Positions 42,185 to 52,010 of a stretch of DNA of 64,000 bases are shown here, in pieces. Source of the stretch: Methanobacteriota archaeon. GTDB lineage: Archaea; Halobacteriota; Bog-38; Methanoflorentales; Methanoflorentaceae. Positions within the stretch are counted from its first letter, which is position 1. Each line of letters opens with the position of its first letter. The notes below the pieces were generated by a model. That model saw only the letters and a program-made list of their open reading frames with translations, did no database searches and was not told the origin of the DNA. Made by a program: the position numbers and the translations under genes. The stretch covers positions 1-64,000 of the forward strand of contig CAVRAO010000006.1 in NCBI GenBank assembly GCA_963719035.1. The letters run 5' to 3'.

Positions 42185-42922
42185 ATGCGGGAGCCCTACG
42201 ACAGCCCAGCCCAACTCGGGAGAAGTGAACCAGAAGAATCGGTGCTCGGTTTTTCAGATCTAGCGAGCTTACCCGCTTTCATCTACCTCCTCTTTTTTCT
42301 TTTTGTACTGGCAATATTTAGCGCTAATCCGCTCGAGCCCCAGGTATTCGGATTCTACAAACTCTCCGTTTTCTTTCAAGTCGTGGCGTTTTTCAGCATC
42401 TTTTTTGTGCCGACATTGTTGATTTACTTCGCTCTCGATCTTACTAAGAACGTTGCACATACGTGTGTCGTGTTGGGGTACCCGCTGCTCGCGCTTGGTG
42501 GGGTGGTTATCCTCAACGTCGCAGAATCGCCACTACTGGCAGCGCTAAGCGGATTGGTCCTCTTTGCCTTCTACCTCCTCTTAGGGTTGAGCCGTTCGGC
42601 GACAGAACGGCGGCGACGCATCCCACAGCCTGTTGTGCGTCCCCGTCCTAGTAAGCAAGCGCCCTCTCAGATGCCGCCACAACGACGGCCGCAGGACGAG
42701 CGAGCTGCTGTTCAGAGACAACAAACGTCACGATATGTGCCACCGAGCCGTTCTCAAGAATTCAGAAGAGATACCCGGCCACAATACGGAGCCTCCGATG
42801 GATTTCTGTCGAGGCTCGATCGATTTCTCGATCGATACGACTATGTCGAAGGGGAGGCAGTGAGAAAGGGTTCGAGGCGCGATGTGAAATACCAGAGGGA
42901 TAAGCGGCGACGAGAACGATAA
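42185..42922 (+). CDS. Hypothetical membrane protein with Arg/Pro-rich C-terminal tail
   Basis: About 4 hydrophobic segments followed by a basic low-complexity tail; TTTAAATA upstream. Confidence 0.65.
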   Translation: MREPYDSPAQLGRSEPEESVLGFSDLASLPAFIYLLFFLFVLAIFSANPLEPQVFGFYKLSVFFQVVAFFSIFFVPTLLIYFALDLTKNVAHTCVVLGYPLLALGGVVILNVAESPLLAALSGLVLFAFYLLLGLSRSATERRRRIPQPVVRPRPSKQAPSQMPPQRRPQDERAAVQRQQTSRYVPPSRSQEFRRDTRPQYGASDGFLSRLDRFLDRYDYVEGEAVRKGSRRDVKYQRDKRRRER

Positions 42923-42949
42923 GCCTCAGCGATGGGCTGCTCCCTTAGC

Positions 42950-44772
42950 TTATGAAACAATTGCCGCCATGATAATACGGTGAATAATCTCCATGATCGG
43001 GAGGATCATCCCAGGCCGGGGGACGCCTATAGGAGTCTTTTGCCATATCAAGGACGCAAAAATGAGCCAATATGAAGAGACAAACGTGGCAAATCCTACC
43101 AAGATCGCGAGCTCTTTTACTCCTTTCCGATAGCCAACGAAGTACGGCACAAAGAGAACCATAAGGGCTGCGGTGATAACTCCGAAGGTCCCTATAAACG
43201 GGAAGCTCAACGAGCTGATCAAGCCGCTGATCTTAGCAGCGAACAGCGTTGCATACACAAGCACTAAACCTGCAAAGATAATCCATGCAGCGGCGAATGC
43301 ACGTACAATGCGCGCTTCATAGACGAGAACGTTACGGATGCTTGCGAGCGTAAAGAAGAGGAGAGGGATATAGAGGGGCAAGAAGTAGCGCATGTCAAGT
43401 CCAAATCCCTGCTCTTGGAACGGCGCGTAGATTATAAGGTGTGCGACGATACAGACGAAAAACGCAACTGCAATCGCTTGTTGCCTATCTATCTTCAGAC
43501 GCACGGCGCCCCTCTTGTATCTAGCGAGCTTTTGCACGACATGGGGAAGCGCAGCAAAGAGGGGGACTATCAGGAGGGGGCATATCTGGAAGACCGAGAG
43601 CGTCACCGGCATGTTAACATAGAACAGCACGTGGTAGAGATGCTGCGGCCAGTTAGCACTGTTTTGCACGTTCCACTCGCTAAAAAAGAGCGTCGGAAGC
43701 CGTTCAATCGTGGCGAAGAGCGCTGAACTAGTATTCCCGGCGGTGCTTGAAGTCTGCTGAGCGATTTCTTGGTGGGCACTTAGATAGACTGGCGATAAGA
43801 AGGGGTTGCCAAACAGCAGGTAATTGTTGATGAAGTATGGGACCATTGCAAGCGTGACCGTCACCGCAGCCGTAATCGTTGCTTTAATCCGCCCCTCTGA
43901 TGTTAGCAAATCCGTTAAAACGATGGCAATCAGGAGGGGAATGGTGTCAAATAGCCGTACCCAAAAACTGAGGCCAACGAGGACGTACAAAAGTAGCGAT
44001 AACGCGTTTTTCCGTCCTGAAGATACATATAAAGGCTCCAAATGCTCGCTACGATCAGCAACACCGATGCGGTATGATCCTTTGCTGACACTGCCCAGAA
44101 CGTAAGCGGCGTGGCAACGAGTATATACGCGGCACCGAACGCAGCGACGCGATCATCGGCAAAGTACCTCCTAAAGATACTCAGTGAAAGGAGTACAATG
44201 ACTGATGTTGCCAGGATATTGAACAGCTGGATAGCCATAAGAGCGCCCCACTGGTCGAACACAAGCGGCGGCAGCTTCGTCGCGAGGTAGCCGTTGATGA
44301 TGAGCAGGACAAGCGCGCCGAACACGCCGAGGTCGCGGCCGAGTCGTGGCTTGCCCCACCGCCTTCCCAAAAGCCAGCTGACCATGAATATGTTGAACGA
44401 CCAGAGACAAGCGAAGAAGAGCCTGATCCCTACGGTAGCACTAATGATGTACAAGAGAGCGTAAAACGGCGCTGCAAAGACAGCGAGCGCGTGCGTATAG
44501 AACGCGTACACGTGGCCTTGATAGGTAAATGCGAGCATCGGCCCGGATGCTCCGAAACTCAGACCCTCGTAAAGCCTCGTCGGCGTCGCGTCTATCGAAA
44601 GAACACCATGTCCGAGATTGATGAGCTGTGCCGCGAGCGTAGCCTCATCGTTGATGAAGATGTTTACGTTCCAGATCGCGAGACAAACAGCGAGGGAGAA
44701 AAAGAAGAATAACGCAGACGTGTCGTTAGTCAAGACGTATTTGTAGAGTGCCCGAAGCTTGATTAGGTTCAT
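42950..44772 (-). CDS. Polytopic membrane protein, GT-C/PMT-like glycosyltransferase (frameshift near 43990)
   Basis: FINDE in the first loop, NNYLLFGNPF and MRYFLP motifs; the two ORFs join at an A-run. Confidence 0.65.
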
Positions 44773-44774
44773 TC

Positions 44775-45806
44775 TTACGCAACCGAATGCTCAGCTTCTC
44801 GCTCCATAATCGTTTCATAGACCTTGATGTACCCGTCTACCATTCGATCCACGTCAAAGAACTCAGCCCGTCTCCTGCAATTCTGCCTTCGAATGCTGTG
44901 AATGCGGGCCACCTTATCGATAGCGTCGCGGCTGCTCTGGACGATATATCCGGTCTCGCCATCGACAAGAATCTCTGGGACGCTTCCTTTGTTGGTAGCA
45001 ATAACAGGCGTACCGCAAGCGAGAGACTCCACGAGTGTAAGGCCGAACGGTTCCGCAAACGAAATCAGGTGCAAGCTACAATAAGCCTGCTTGAAAAGCT
45101 CTTTCTTCGTTTCTTCGTTCACCATGCCGAGATATTGTATCTGCTCCCCATCAATCTCAGGCTTAACGTACTTCTCGAAGTAGGCACGATGTTCATCCGC
45201 AACGAGTCCAGCAATCTTAAGCGTCATACCAGTTTCCTTTGCCACCTCGATAGCGCGATGAGTGCCCTTGTCATAAGATATGCGCCCGAAGAAGAGGAGA
45301 TAATCATCTGGAGCGTCGCTAAAGTCAAAGGAGTCGACTGCGATTCCGTTGTACACGGTGGCGACGTAGTTTAGACCCTCAGCTCGGTCGCTTTCGCTGA
45401 TGGACACGTAATAGTTGTCTCTATATTTCCTGTATACAGGAAGAATCTTTTCAGAAGAGAATCCGTGTATGGTCGTTAGGAGAGGAGTGCACGTGAGTCG
45501 TGAAAAAGTCAACGGATAGAAATCATAGTGACTGTGAAGAATGTCGAATTCACGCGCTTTTTCAAAAGCGTTAGAAATATGGAGCCATTGATAGACGCCA
45601 GCGTCAAGTGATTCATCTTCATAGAAGCCGTGCGGACACACCGACTCAAGCTTCGCCTTCGTTATGGAATCACCGGTCGCAAAAAGGGTAACGTCGTAAC
45701 CTCGGTCGACTAACCCCTCAGTGAGGTGATGCACGACCGTTTCCCAGGGCCCGTAGTGGCGTGGTGGGGTCCTCCACGATATGGTCCCCAAAATTCCAAT
45801 TTTCAA
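44775..45806 (-). CDS. GT4 glycosyltransferase
   Basis: PPRHYGPWE, GRISYDKG, EPFGLTLVESLACGTPVI. Confidence 0.95.
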   Translation of the reverse strand: MKIGILGTISWRTPPRHYGPWETVVHHLTEGLVDRGYDVTLFATGDSITKAKLESVCPHGFYEDESLDAGVYQWLHISNAFEKAREFDILHSHYDFYPLTFSRLTCTPLLTTIHGFSSEKILPVYRKYRDNYYVSISESDRAEGLNYVATVYNGIAVDSFDFSDAPDDYLLFFGRISYDKGTHRAIEVAKETGMTLKIAGLVADEHRAYFEKYVKPEIDGEQIQYLGMVNEETKKELFKQAYCSLHLISFAEPFGLTLVESLACGTPVIATNKGSVPEILVDGETGYIVQSSRDAIDKVARIHSIRRQNCRRRAEFFDVDRMVDGYIKVYETIMEREAEHSVA

Positions 45807-45883
45807 TCGATCATTCCCCGCACAGGACGTTTGGCCTACGGCTATCCCGGTATAACCGAACTCCGGCGACGTGCCCTATTAGT

Positions 45884-47137
45884 TCAGCGCAGCTTCAGCG
45901 CATTTAAGTCACTCTGGAGTGCCCCTGCGCTGTCGGTGCGCTCCCACGGTAGATCAAGATCGGCGCGTCCAAAATGCCCGTAAGCAGCGACTTGTCGATA
46001 GATCGGCCGTCTGAGTTGAAAAGTGTTGATAATCCAGCCCGGGGTGAGCGCGAAACGTCGCATTATGATCTCAGAGATAGTCGCTTCGGGTATGTGGGCC
46101 GTGCCAAACGTATTGACGAAAATCGCGATCGGCTGTGCTACGCCGATTGCATAAGAGACTTGGATCTCGCACTTTGCAGCAAGTCCCGCCGCGACGACGT
46201 TTTTTGCGATATACCTCGCTGCGTAAGCCGCTGACCGATCGACCTTTGTCGGGTCCTTTCCCGAAAAAGAACCGCCTCCGTGTCGTGCCATCCCTCCGTA
46301 CGTGTCAACGATGATTTTTCGTCCTGACATGCCAGCATCACCCTTAGGGCCGCCGATGACAAACCGACCTGTCGGGTTGACCAACACCTTCGTATTGTTG
46401 TCCATCATATGCGGTGGGATCACAACGTCGATTACCTTTGCCCTAATGTCTCGTTCAATGGTATCAAGCGCGACATCCGCAGTGTGTTGCGAAGAGACGA
46501 TGACCGTGTCAACGCGTACTGGAGCGTCGTTCACATATTCTACCGTAACCTGCGTCTTTCCATCGGGGCCAAGATAACTAATTTCTCCGGACTTCCTAAC
46601 CTCAGTCAGCCGCAACGCAAGTTTATTAGCGAGTAATATCGGCATCGGCATAAGTTCTGGCGTCTCATTTGTCGCGTAGCCGAACACCATGCCCTGATCC
46701 CCGGCGCCAAGCTCAGCGTCCTCAGTGACGGATGAAGGAGAGGGATGACACTCAATGTCCGCGGCACCCTCGTTTGTGGACGTGATCCGGCACTCGAGTG
46801 ACTTGTTGACTCCTTGAGCGATGTCAGGTGATTGTTCTTTGATTGACACCACGACGCCGCAGGTGTCCGAATCGAACCCAAATCGTGAATCGATGTAACC
46901 TATGTCCCGGATCGTATCTCGCACCACGCTCGGTATATCGACGCTACACGTTGTGGTAATCTCTCCGATCACTACGGCAAGACCTGTCGTTACTGCCACT
47001 TCGCACGCAACGCGAGCATTCTTAGGATCATGCTCGATGATCGCATCCAGTATCGCATCTGCTATCTGATCACACACCTTGTCTGGGTGCCCTTCCGTCA
47101 CCGATTCAGAGGTGAATAAAAAACTATTCTGAGACAT
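45884..47137 (-). CDS. metK: S-adenosylmethionine synthetase, bacterial/eukaryotic type
   Basis: [50 protein letters not shown]. Confidence 0.97.
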   Translation of the reverse strand: MSQNSFLFTSESVTEGHPDKVCDQIADAILDAIIEHDPKNARVACEVAVTTGLAVVIGEITTTCSVDIPSVVRDTIRDIGYIDSRFGFDSDTCGVVVSIKEQSPDIAQGVNKSLECRITSTNEGAADIECHPSPSSVTEDAELGAGDQGMVFGYATNETPELMPMPILLANKLALRLTEVRKSGEISYLGPDGKTQVTVEYVNDAPVRVDTVIVSSQHTADVALDTIERDIRAKVIDVVIPPHMMDNNTKVLVNPTGRFVIGGPKGDAGMSGRKIIVDTYGGMARHGGGSFSGKDPTKVDRSAAYAARYIAKNVVAAGLAAKCEIQVSYAIGVAQPIAIFVNTFGTAHIPEATISEIIMRRFALTPGWIINTFQLRRPIYRQVAAYGHFGRADLDLPWERTDSAGALQSDLNALKLR

Positions 47138-47253
47138 TGTACTTCGATTCGCTCCGCTATTGACAACCTTTTTACCGGTTGGCTTTATCATTGGTACCTA
47201 TATAAATCGTATGGTTACGTTCACGCGAATTACGATAAACGAGAGAATTTACG

Positions 47254-48507
47254 ATGAAGAGTATAATTAAGAACATAGGCCTCGCTGACGAAGGTGAAAA
47301 ACGCATTGAATGGGCGCGCAGGCATATGCCTGTTCTTGAGCGGATTAAAACTGAATTTGCGCGCGACACGCCGCTCGACGGAGTTAACATCATTGCGTGT
47401 CTGCACGTGACAGTTGAGACGGCAAACCTCATTCGTACGCTACAAGCCGGAGGGGCAAATGTCGCGCTTACCGGCTCAAATCCCCTCAGCACACAAGATG
47501 ACGTCGCAGCTGCCCTCGCAAAAAGCGGGATCGTTGTCTGCGCCTTTCGTGGTGAAAGTGATGATGAGTACTACGCTTGTATGGAAGAGGCACTGAAGAT
47601 CGGGCCTCAGGTCACGCTTGACGACGGTGCGGACGTCATCGCCACGGTTCATGGTGATCATAAAGAATACCTGAGCGCGATAATGGGCGGCTGTGAGGAA
47701 ACGACGACAGGCGTGGTCAGGCTCAAGGCAATGGCGGCAGAAGGCGCGCTTAAATATCCCGTCATCGCGGTCAACGATGCAGAAACCAAGATGATGTTTG
47801 ACAATCGCTATGGGACCGGGCAGAGCACGCTTCACGGCATTATGAATGCAACGAATTTCCTATTTGCTGGAAAAACCGTCGTCGTCGCCGGCTACGGCTG
47901 GTGTGGCCGAGGCGTCGCAGCGCGTGCGAAAGGTCTTGGGGCGAACGTGGTTGTTGTCGAGGTCGAGCCGCGAAAAGCCCTTGAGGCGGCCATGGACGGC
48001 TTTAGAGTGATGTCGATGCCCGAGGCAGCGAGGATCGGAGACCTCTTTGTCACGGTGACCGGGGACGTCTCCGTTATTCGAGGGGAACACTTCGCGATCA
48101 TGAAGGACGAAGCCATCGTCTGCAATTCTGGACACTTCAACGTAGAACTCGACTTGGAGGAGCTCAAGGAGATGGCGACCGGTACGGCGAATGTCAAAGA
48201 GAACGTGGACGAGTATCGAATGGCTGACGGCAGGACGATCTATGTGCTCGCGGAAGGGCGGCTCATCAACCTCTCAGCAGCCTTCGGGCACCCCCCAGAA
48301 GTCATGGATATGAGTTTTGCGAATCAGGCGCTCTGTGTTAGATACATCGTCGAAAATCACACACGTTTAGACAACGTCGTGCACAGCGTACCAACTGCTA
48401 TTGACAAACGGGTCGCCGCTCTAAAACTCGACGCAATCGGCATTCACATTGAGCAACTCACCGCGGAGCAAGAGGCGTACCTCCACTCATGGACGCTCGG
48501 TACATAG
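47254..48507 (+). CDS. ahcY: Adenosylhomocysteinase (SAH/SIH hydrolase)
   Basis: SNPLSTQD, EETTTG, FDNRYGTGQS, GYGWCGRG, GHPPEVMDMSF. Confidence 0.97.
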   Translation: MKSIIKNIGLADEGEKRIEWARRHMPVLERIKTEFARDTPLDGVNIIACLHVTVETANLIRTLQAGGANVALTGSNPLSTQDDVAAALAKSGIVVCAFRGESDDEYYACMEEALKIGPQVTLDDGADVIATVHGDHKEYLSAIMGGCEETTTGVVRLKAMAAEGALKYPVIAVNDAETKMMFDNRYGTGQSTLHGIMNATNFLFAGKTVVVAGYGWCGRGVAARAKGLGANVVVVEVEPRKALEAAMDGFRVMSMPEAARIGDLFVTVTGDVSVIRGEHFAIMKDEAIVCNSGHFNVELDLEELKEMATGTANVKENVDEYRMADGRTIYVLAEGRLINLSAAFGHPPEVMDMSFANQALCVRYIVENHTRLDNVVHSVPTAIDKRVAALKLDAIGIHIEQLTAEQEAYLHSWTLGT

Positions 48508-48565
48508 TCCGTCCGTGTGTGGCATGTCGCGGCACTTAATGAAAGCGCTTAAGGAATTGTAAACC

Positions 48566-49636
48566 ATGACGGCGATCGACGATTACATCAAAGAGGTGTT
48601 TGGACGAGACGCACGCGTCATACAGGTCTGTGAGCTGGGACAGCCGACGGCTGAGCTTAAAGGCTTTGGTTACGGAAAGCCCTACCAAATTACGTTTTCT
48701 TTGGACGGCGCGGTCAAGTCCGTCGTGTTGTCATCGATGCGACGAGAGGGCGGTTTTGGCCACGATCACTTTTCCGATCGCGCCCAGATACTCATCTGGC
48801 AGCACGACACGTTTGGCTCACTGCCTCACCACGTGCGCGCCTTCGATGTAGGTTACTTTACCCGTGATGGTCGAATGCTTTCTGCTCGCGACGCTGACGA
48901 GTATTTCATCCTCATGGACTTAGTCGAAGGGACTGAATACTTTTATGACCTTGACCGGGTCAAGGAAACGGGGACGCTCATTGAGCTAGACGTCGCTCGC
49001 ACTCAGGCGCTCTCAGATTACCTCGCAACAATCCACGCCGTTAAACGCACTGACCCTGTCATTTACACGCGCCGCATGCGCGATCTCGTCGGTCACGGGG
49101 AGCTCATTATGGGCCTGATCGACAGCTATCCTCGGACGTTTGACGTGTTTTCGCAAGATGACTTCCGTCTGCTGGAGAAGCGATGCGTGGATTGGCGCTA
49201 CGCGCTCAAGGAACGCGCACATCGTCTTTGTATGGTGCACGGTGATTATCACCCGTGGAACATCATGTTCAGAGACGGTACCGATTTTACGGTTCTCGAC
49301 AGGAGCCGCGGAGAGTTTGGAGAGGCGGCTGACGACGTCACGTCGTTGAGCGTAAACTACCTCTTTTATTCAATTCAAAAGTACGGAAAGCTGGCAAAGG
49401 AGTTCAAGACGCTGTTTGACCTGTTCCTAAGCAACTACCTCGAAAAGACGCAGGATCACGAACTGCTTGAAGTTATACAGCCGTTTTATGGGTTCAGGGG
49501 GCTTGTGGTCGCAAGCCCAATATGGTATCCGCACATCGACCGACAGGTGCGGCAGCGGCTATTCAACTTCGTAAGGAATGTGCTGGAAGTTGAGACATTC
49601 GACTACCGAAACGTTAACGCGCTCCTTAAGGATTAA
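48566..49636 (+). CDS. APH/choline-kinase-fold phosphotransferase
   Basis: HGDYHPWN catalytic motif; LDRSRGEFGEAADD. Confidence 0.85.
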   Translation: MTAIDDYIKEVFGRDARVIQVCELGQPTAELKGFGYGKPYQITFSLDGAVKSVVLSSMRREGGFGHDHFSDRAQILIWQHDTFGSLPHHVRAFDVGYFTRDGRMLSARDADEYFILMDLVEGTEYFYDLDRVKETGTLIELDVARTQALSDYLATIHAVKRTDPVIYTRRMRDLVGHGELIMGLIDSYPRTFDVFSQDDFRLLEKRCVDWRYALKERAHRLCMVHGDYHPWNIMFRDGTDFTVLDRSRGEFGEAADDVTSLSVNYLFYSIQKYGKLAKEFKTLFDLFLSNYLEKTQDHELLEVIQPFYGFRGLVVASPIWYPHIDRQVRQRLFNFVRNVLEVETFDYRNVNALLKD

Positions 49637-49662
49637 CGAAAGGCGAGGAGTGACACTAGGAT

Positions 49663-50199
49663 ATGGCTTGGGCGATCTGGATCACAGGACTGCCAGGGAG
49701 TGGCAAAACCACTGTTGCGAGGGAGGTTGCAGATATGCTCAAAGGCAAGAAGTTGCGAACGCTCCAACTTGACGAGATTCGCACTATTGTCACTCCTCAC
49801 CCGACGTATTCTGAGCAAGAGCGCGACATCGTCTATGCGTTTCTCGCTTACGCGGCAAAGGTGCTCACAGAATGCGGCGTAAATGTCATAATCGACGCGA
49901 CTGCAAACCGAAAACGTTATCGAGATCTCGCCCGACAGCTAATACCGCGCTTTGTCGAAGTATACGTCAGCTGTTCACTCGAAACATGCAAGCAACGAGA
50001 GGCTCATCGCATCGCGGAGTTCACGCCAAGGAGGATCTACGAAAAATCGCAGACACCTGAGGCTGCGGTTCCTGGCGTAAATGTACCGTATGAGACGACA
50101 AAGAATCCCGAATTGACTATTGACAGCGAGCGCGTTGCGCCGAAAGAGGCAGCCGAGATTATCGCGCAGGAAATAAAGCGGCGGTTCAATGGAACTTGA
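49663..50199 (+). CDS. Adenylyl-sulfate kinase-like P-loop kinase (divergent)
   Basis: WITGLPGSGKTT, FVEVYV, PYE...PELTIDS. Confidence 0.85.
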   Translation: MAWAIWITGLPGSGKTTVAREVADMLKGKKLRTLQLDEIRTIVTPHPTYSEQERDIVYAFLAYAAKVLTECGVNVIIDATANRKRYRDLARQLIPRFVEVYVSCSLETCKQREAHRIAEFTPRRIYEKSQTPEAAVPGVNVPYETTKNPELTIDSERVAPKEAAEIIAQEIKRRFNGT

Positions 50200-50998
50200 A
50201 GATATTATCGCTATGGCTACGCGAGCGATAGAATCCGTGCTTGCCTTCGTCGGAACTACAGGAGACTTCTCGGCGATAACAAAGTACAAAGAGCGCGATG
50301 TGACGAGGAGGTTCGACCTGGTTGCCGAGCAGAAGCTGCAAGATGAATTGTTCGAACGTGGCGTTAGCGCGCGCATTGTCTCAGAAGAATACGGCGACCG
50401 GATTATGGGCGACGACCCGAGCTGCACGTTCGTGTTTGATCCGATCGACGGATCAACCAACGTCGCGATCGGCTTTCCCTACTTTTGCTCGTCGCTTGCA
50501 TATGCGCCTAGCGTCGACGACGTTTCGCTCAGTGACATCACGATGGGGGCGGTCGTTACAAACTCGCTTGATGTGTATGCGGCCGAGAGGGGCAAGGGGG
50601 CCCGGCTTAATGGAGTACCGCTCGTGACACGGAAAGCACCGCGCTATAAGCCCGTTGTTGCCGGATACGCCTACGGTGTGTCGCACGTTCCGCGCGGACT
50701 CATCGAGTTCGAAAAGAACGTTAAGGTACGGATTTTCGGGAGTATTGCGTACGATATTTGCCAGGTCGCAACAGGAACGCTCGACGCAGTCATTGACACC
50801 AGAGACCGCCTGAGCGGTTATGACATAGCTGCTGCGCTACTCGTCTTATGCGAGTCTGACGGGATTACGACAACGGGTGACGGCAACCTGTTCAATGCTC
50901 CAGTAACCGCTTCTAATCTATCACTTGTATGTTCTACAGACCGGACTCTGCATGACCGAATTGTCGACACGTTGGACAAATTCTCGAAGGACGTGTGA
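50189..50998 (+). CDS. Inositol monophosphatase/FBPase family phosphatase
   Basis: SEE, DPIDGSTN, GSIA, YDIAAA. Confidence 0.92.
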   Translation: MELEDIIAMATRAIESVLAFVGTTGDFSAITKYKERDVTRRFDLVAEQKLQDELFERGVSARIVSEEYGDRIMGDDPSCTFVFDPIDGSTNVAIGFPYFCSSLAYAPSVDDVSLSDITMGAVVTNSLDVYAAERGKGARLNGVPLVTRKAPRYKPVVAGYAYGVSHVPRGLIEFEKNVKVRIFGSIAYDICQVATGTLDAVIDTRDRLSGYDIAAALLVLCESDGITTTGDGNLFNAPVTASNLSLVCSTDRTLHDRIVDTLDKFSKDV

Positions 50999-51275
50999 GC
51001 AGAAACACCGAATAGTACATCTTAGTTGATGAAGCGCCCTGATGGTAATTCATTATCGCTCGGGGCAAAGACGACCGCGCCCCCGCGCGATGCGTTAGCG
51101 ACGCTAAACATTTAAAAAGAACGGCGTTACACTGATTAGATATAGCGTTCGATCTTGCCGAGCAGTGGCAAGGAAACGGCCGATACAGTCCTTTCGAGGG
51201 CGATGGGGTCGGGTTAGCAAGACGGCCTAGATGCAGATGTAATCAAGCGGCGCAATTGCGAGGAGGGCTTGCGTG

Positions 51276-51560
51276 CTATGCCTTTTCATAACAACTCCAC
51301 ATCTTGAAAAAATCGGTCCTGCTCATTTGAAGCTCGCGCATGATGCCGTGCAGCAATCCTGTGGGAAGCTGGCGATGTGCGTGAATCGGTATTGTGGTCG
51401 CTCGACCATCCTGGGAGACTAAACGAACGTGTGAACCTCGCGTTCGAGTAACGCGAAAACCGATAGATTCCAAGGACTTCACGAGCTCGCTCCCGCTGAT
51501 CGGGGGGAACTTTTCGGCGCGTGCTGCAGCAGCGCCCGTTTGCTCACAGCTCGACTTCAA
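51276..51560 (-). CDS. hicA: HicA-family toxin
   Basis: LESIGF...RGSH...TTIPIH...LPTGLLHGIM. Confidence 0.92.
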   Translation of the reverse strand: MKSSCEQTGAAAARAEKFPPISGSELVKSLESIGFRVTRTRGSHVRLVSQDGRATTIPIHAHRQLPTGLLHGIMRELQMSRTDFFKMWSCYEKA

Positions 51561-51562
51561 AC

Positions 51563-51745
51563 TCAGGTCCGGCCCTCCTCTTCGAGCTCTTCCTCACAGA
51601 GCTGTATACACTCCTTAATGTTATCGCGTGCCTCCTCGAGCGTTACGCCGTAGGATTGACAGCCTTTCAACGACGGGCACGTCGCGATGAAATAGCCCGC
51701 ATCATCTTTCCGAATTACTACTTCACGTTCCTCCACGATGTGCAC
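51563..51745 (-). CDS. hicB: HicB-family antitoxin (short form)
   Basis: YFIATCPSLKGCQSYGVTLEEARDNIKECI. Confidence 0.92.
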   Translation of the reverse strand: MHIVEEREVVIRKDDAGYFIATCPSLKGCQSYGVTLEEARDNIKECIQLCEEELEEEGRT

Positions 51746-52010
51746 CCTTAAGGGGCTTCTCCTTCACGTATATGAATGCATGGGCCGTTGATTAGCGTCT
51801 CCGTGCGCAAATAAATCCGCGAGAGCTGGCTCAATAGAGTGATAGAGTAAGGTACAGCGTAGCGTGCGTAGATGTGTCAGCACGAGACTTCAAGCACGCG
51901 GGGCTGCCGGACAAAGGCTTAAGTCGGCAAACACTCGTGAGTACTATGTCTAACTTAGATCAATCAACCGCATTTTTTGCATCGTCCAAAGCACGCGGGG
52001 ATGTCCAATC

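Noticed and set aside
49663-50998. Calling the pair a standard cysC-cysQ sulfate activation module
   Set aside because: APS-binding motifs are altered and no ATP sulfurylase is in the window; kept only as an alternative
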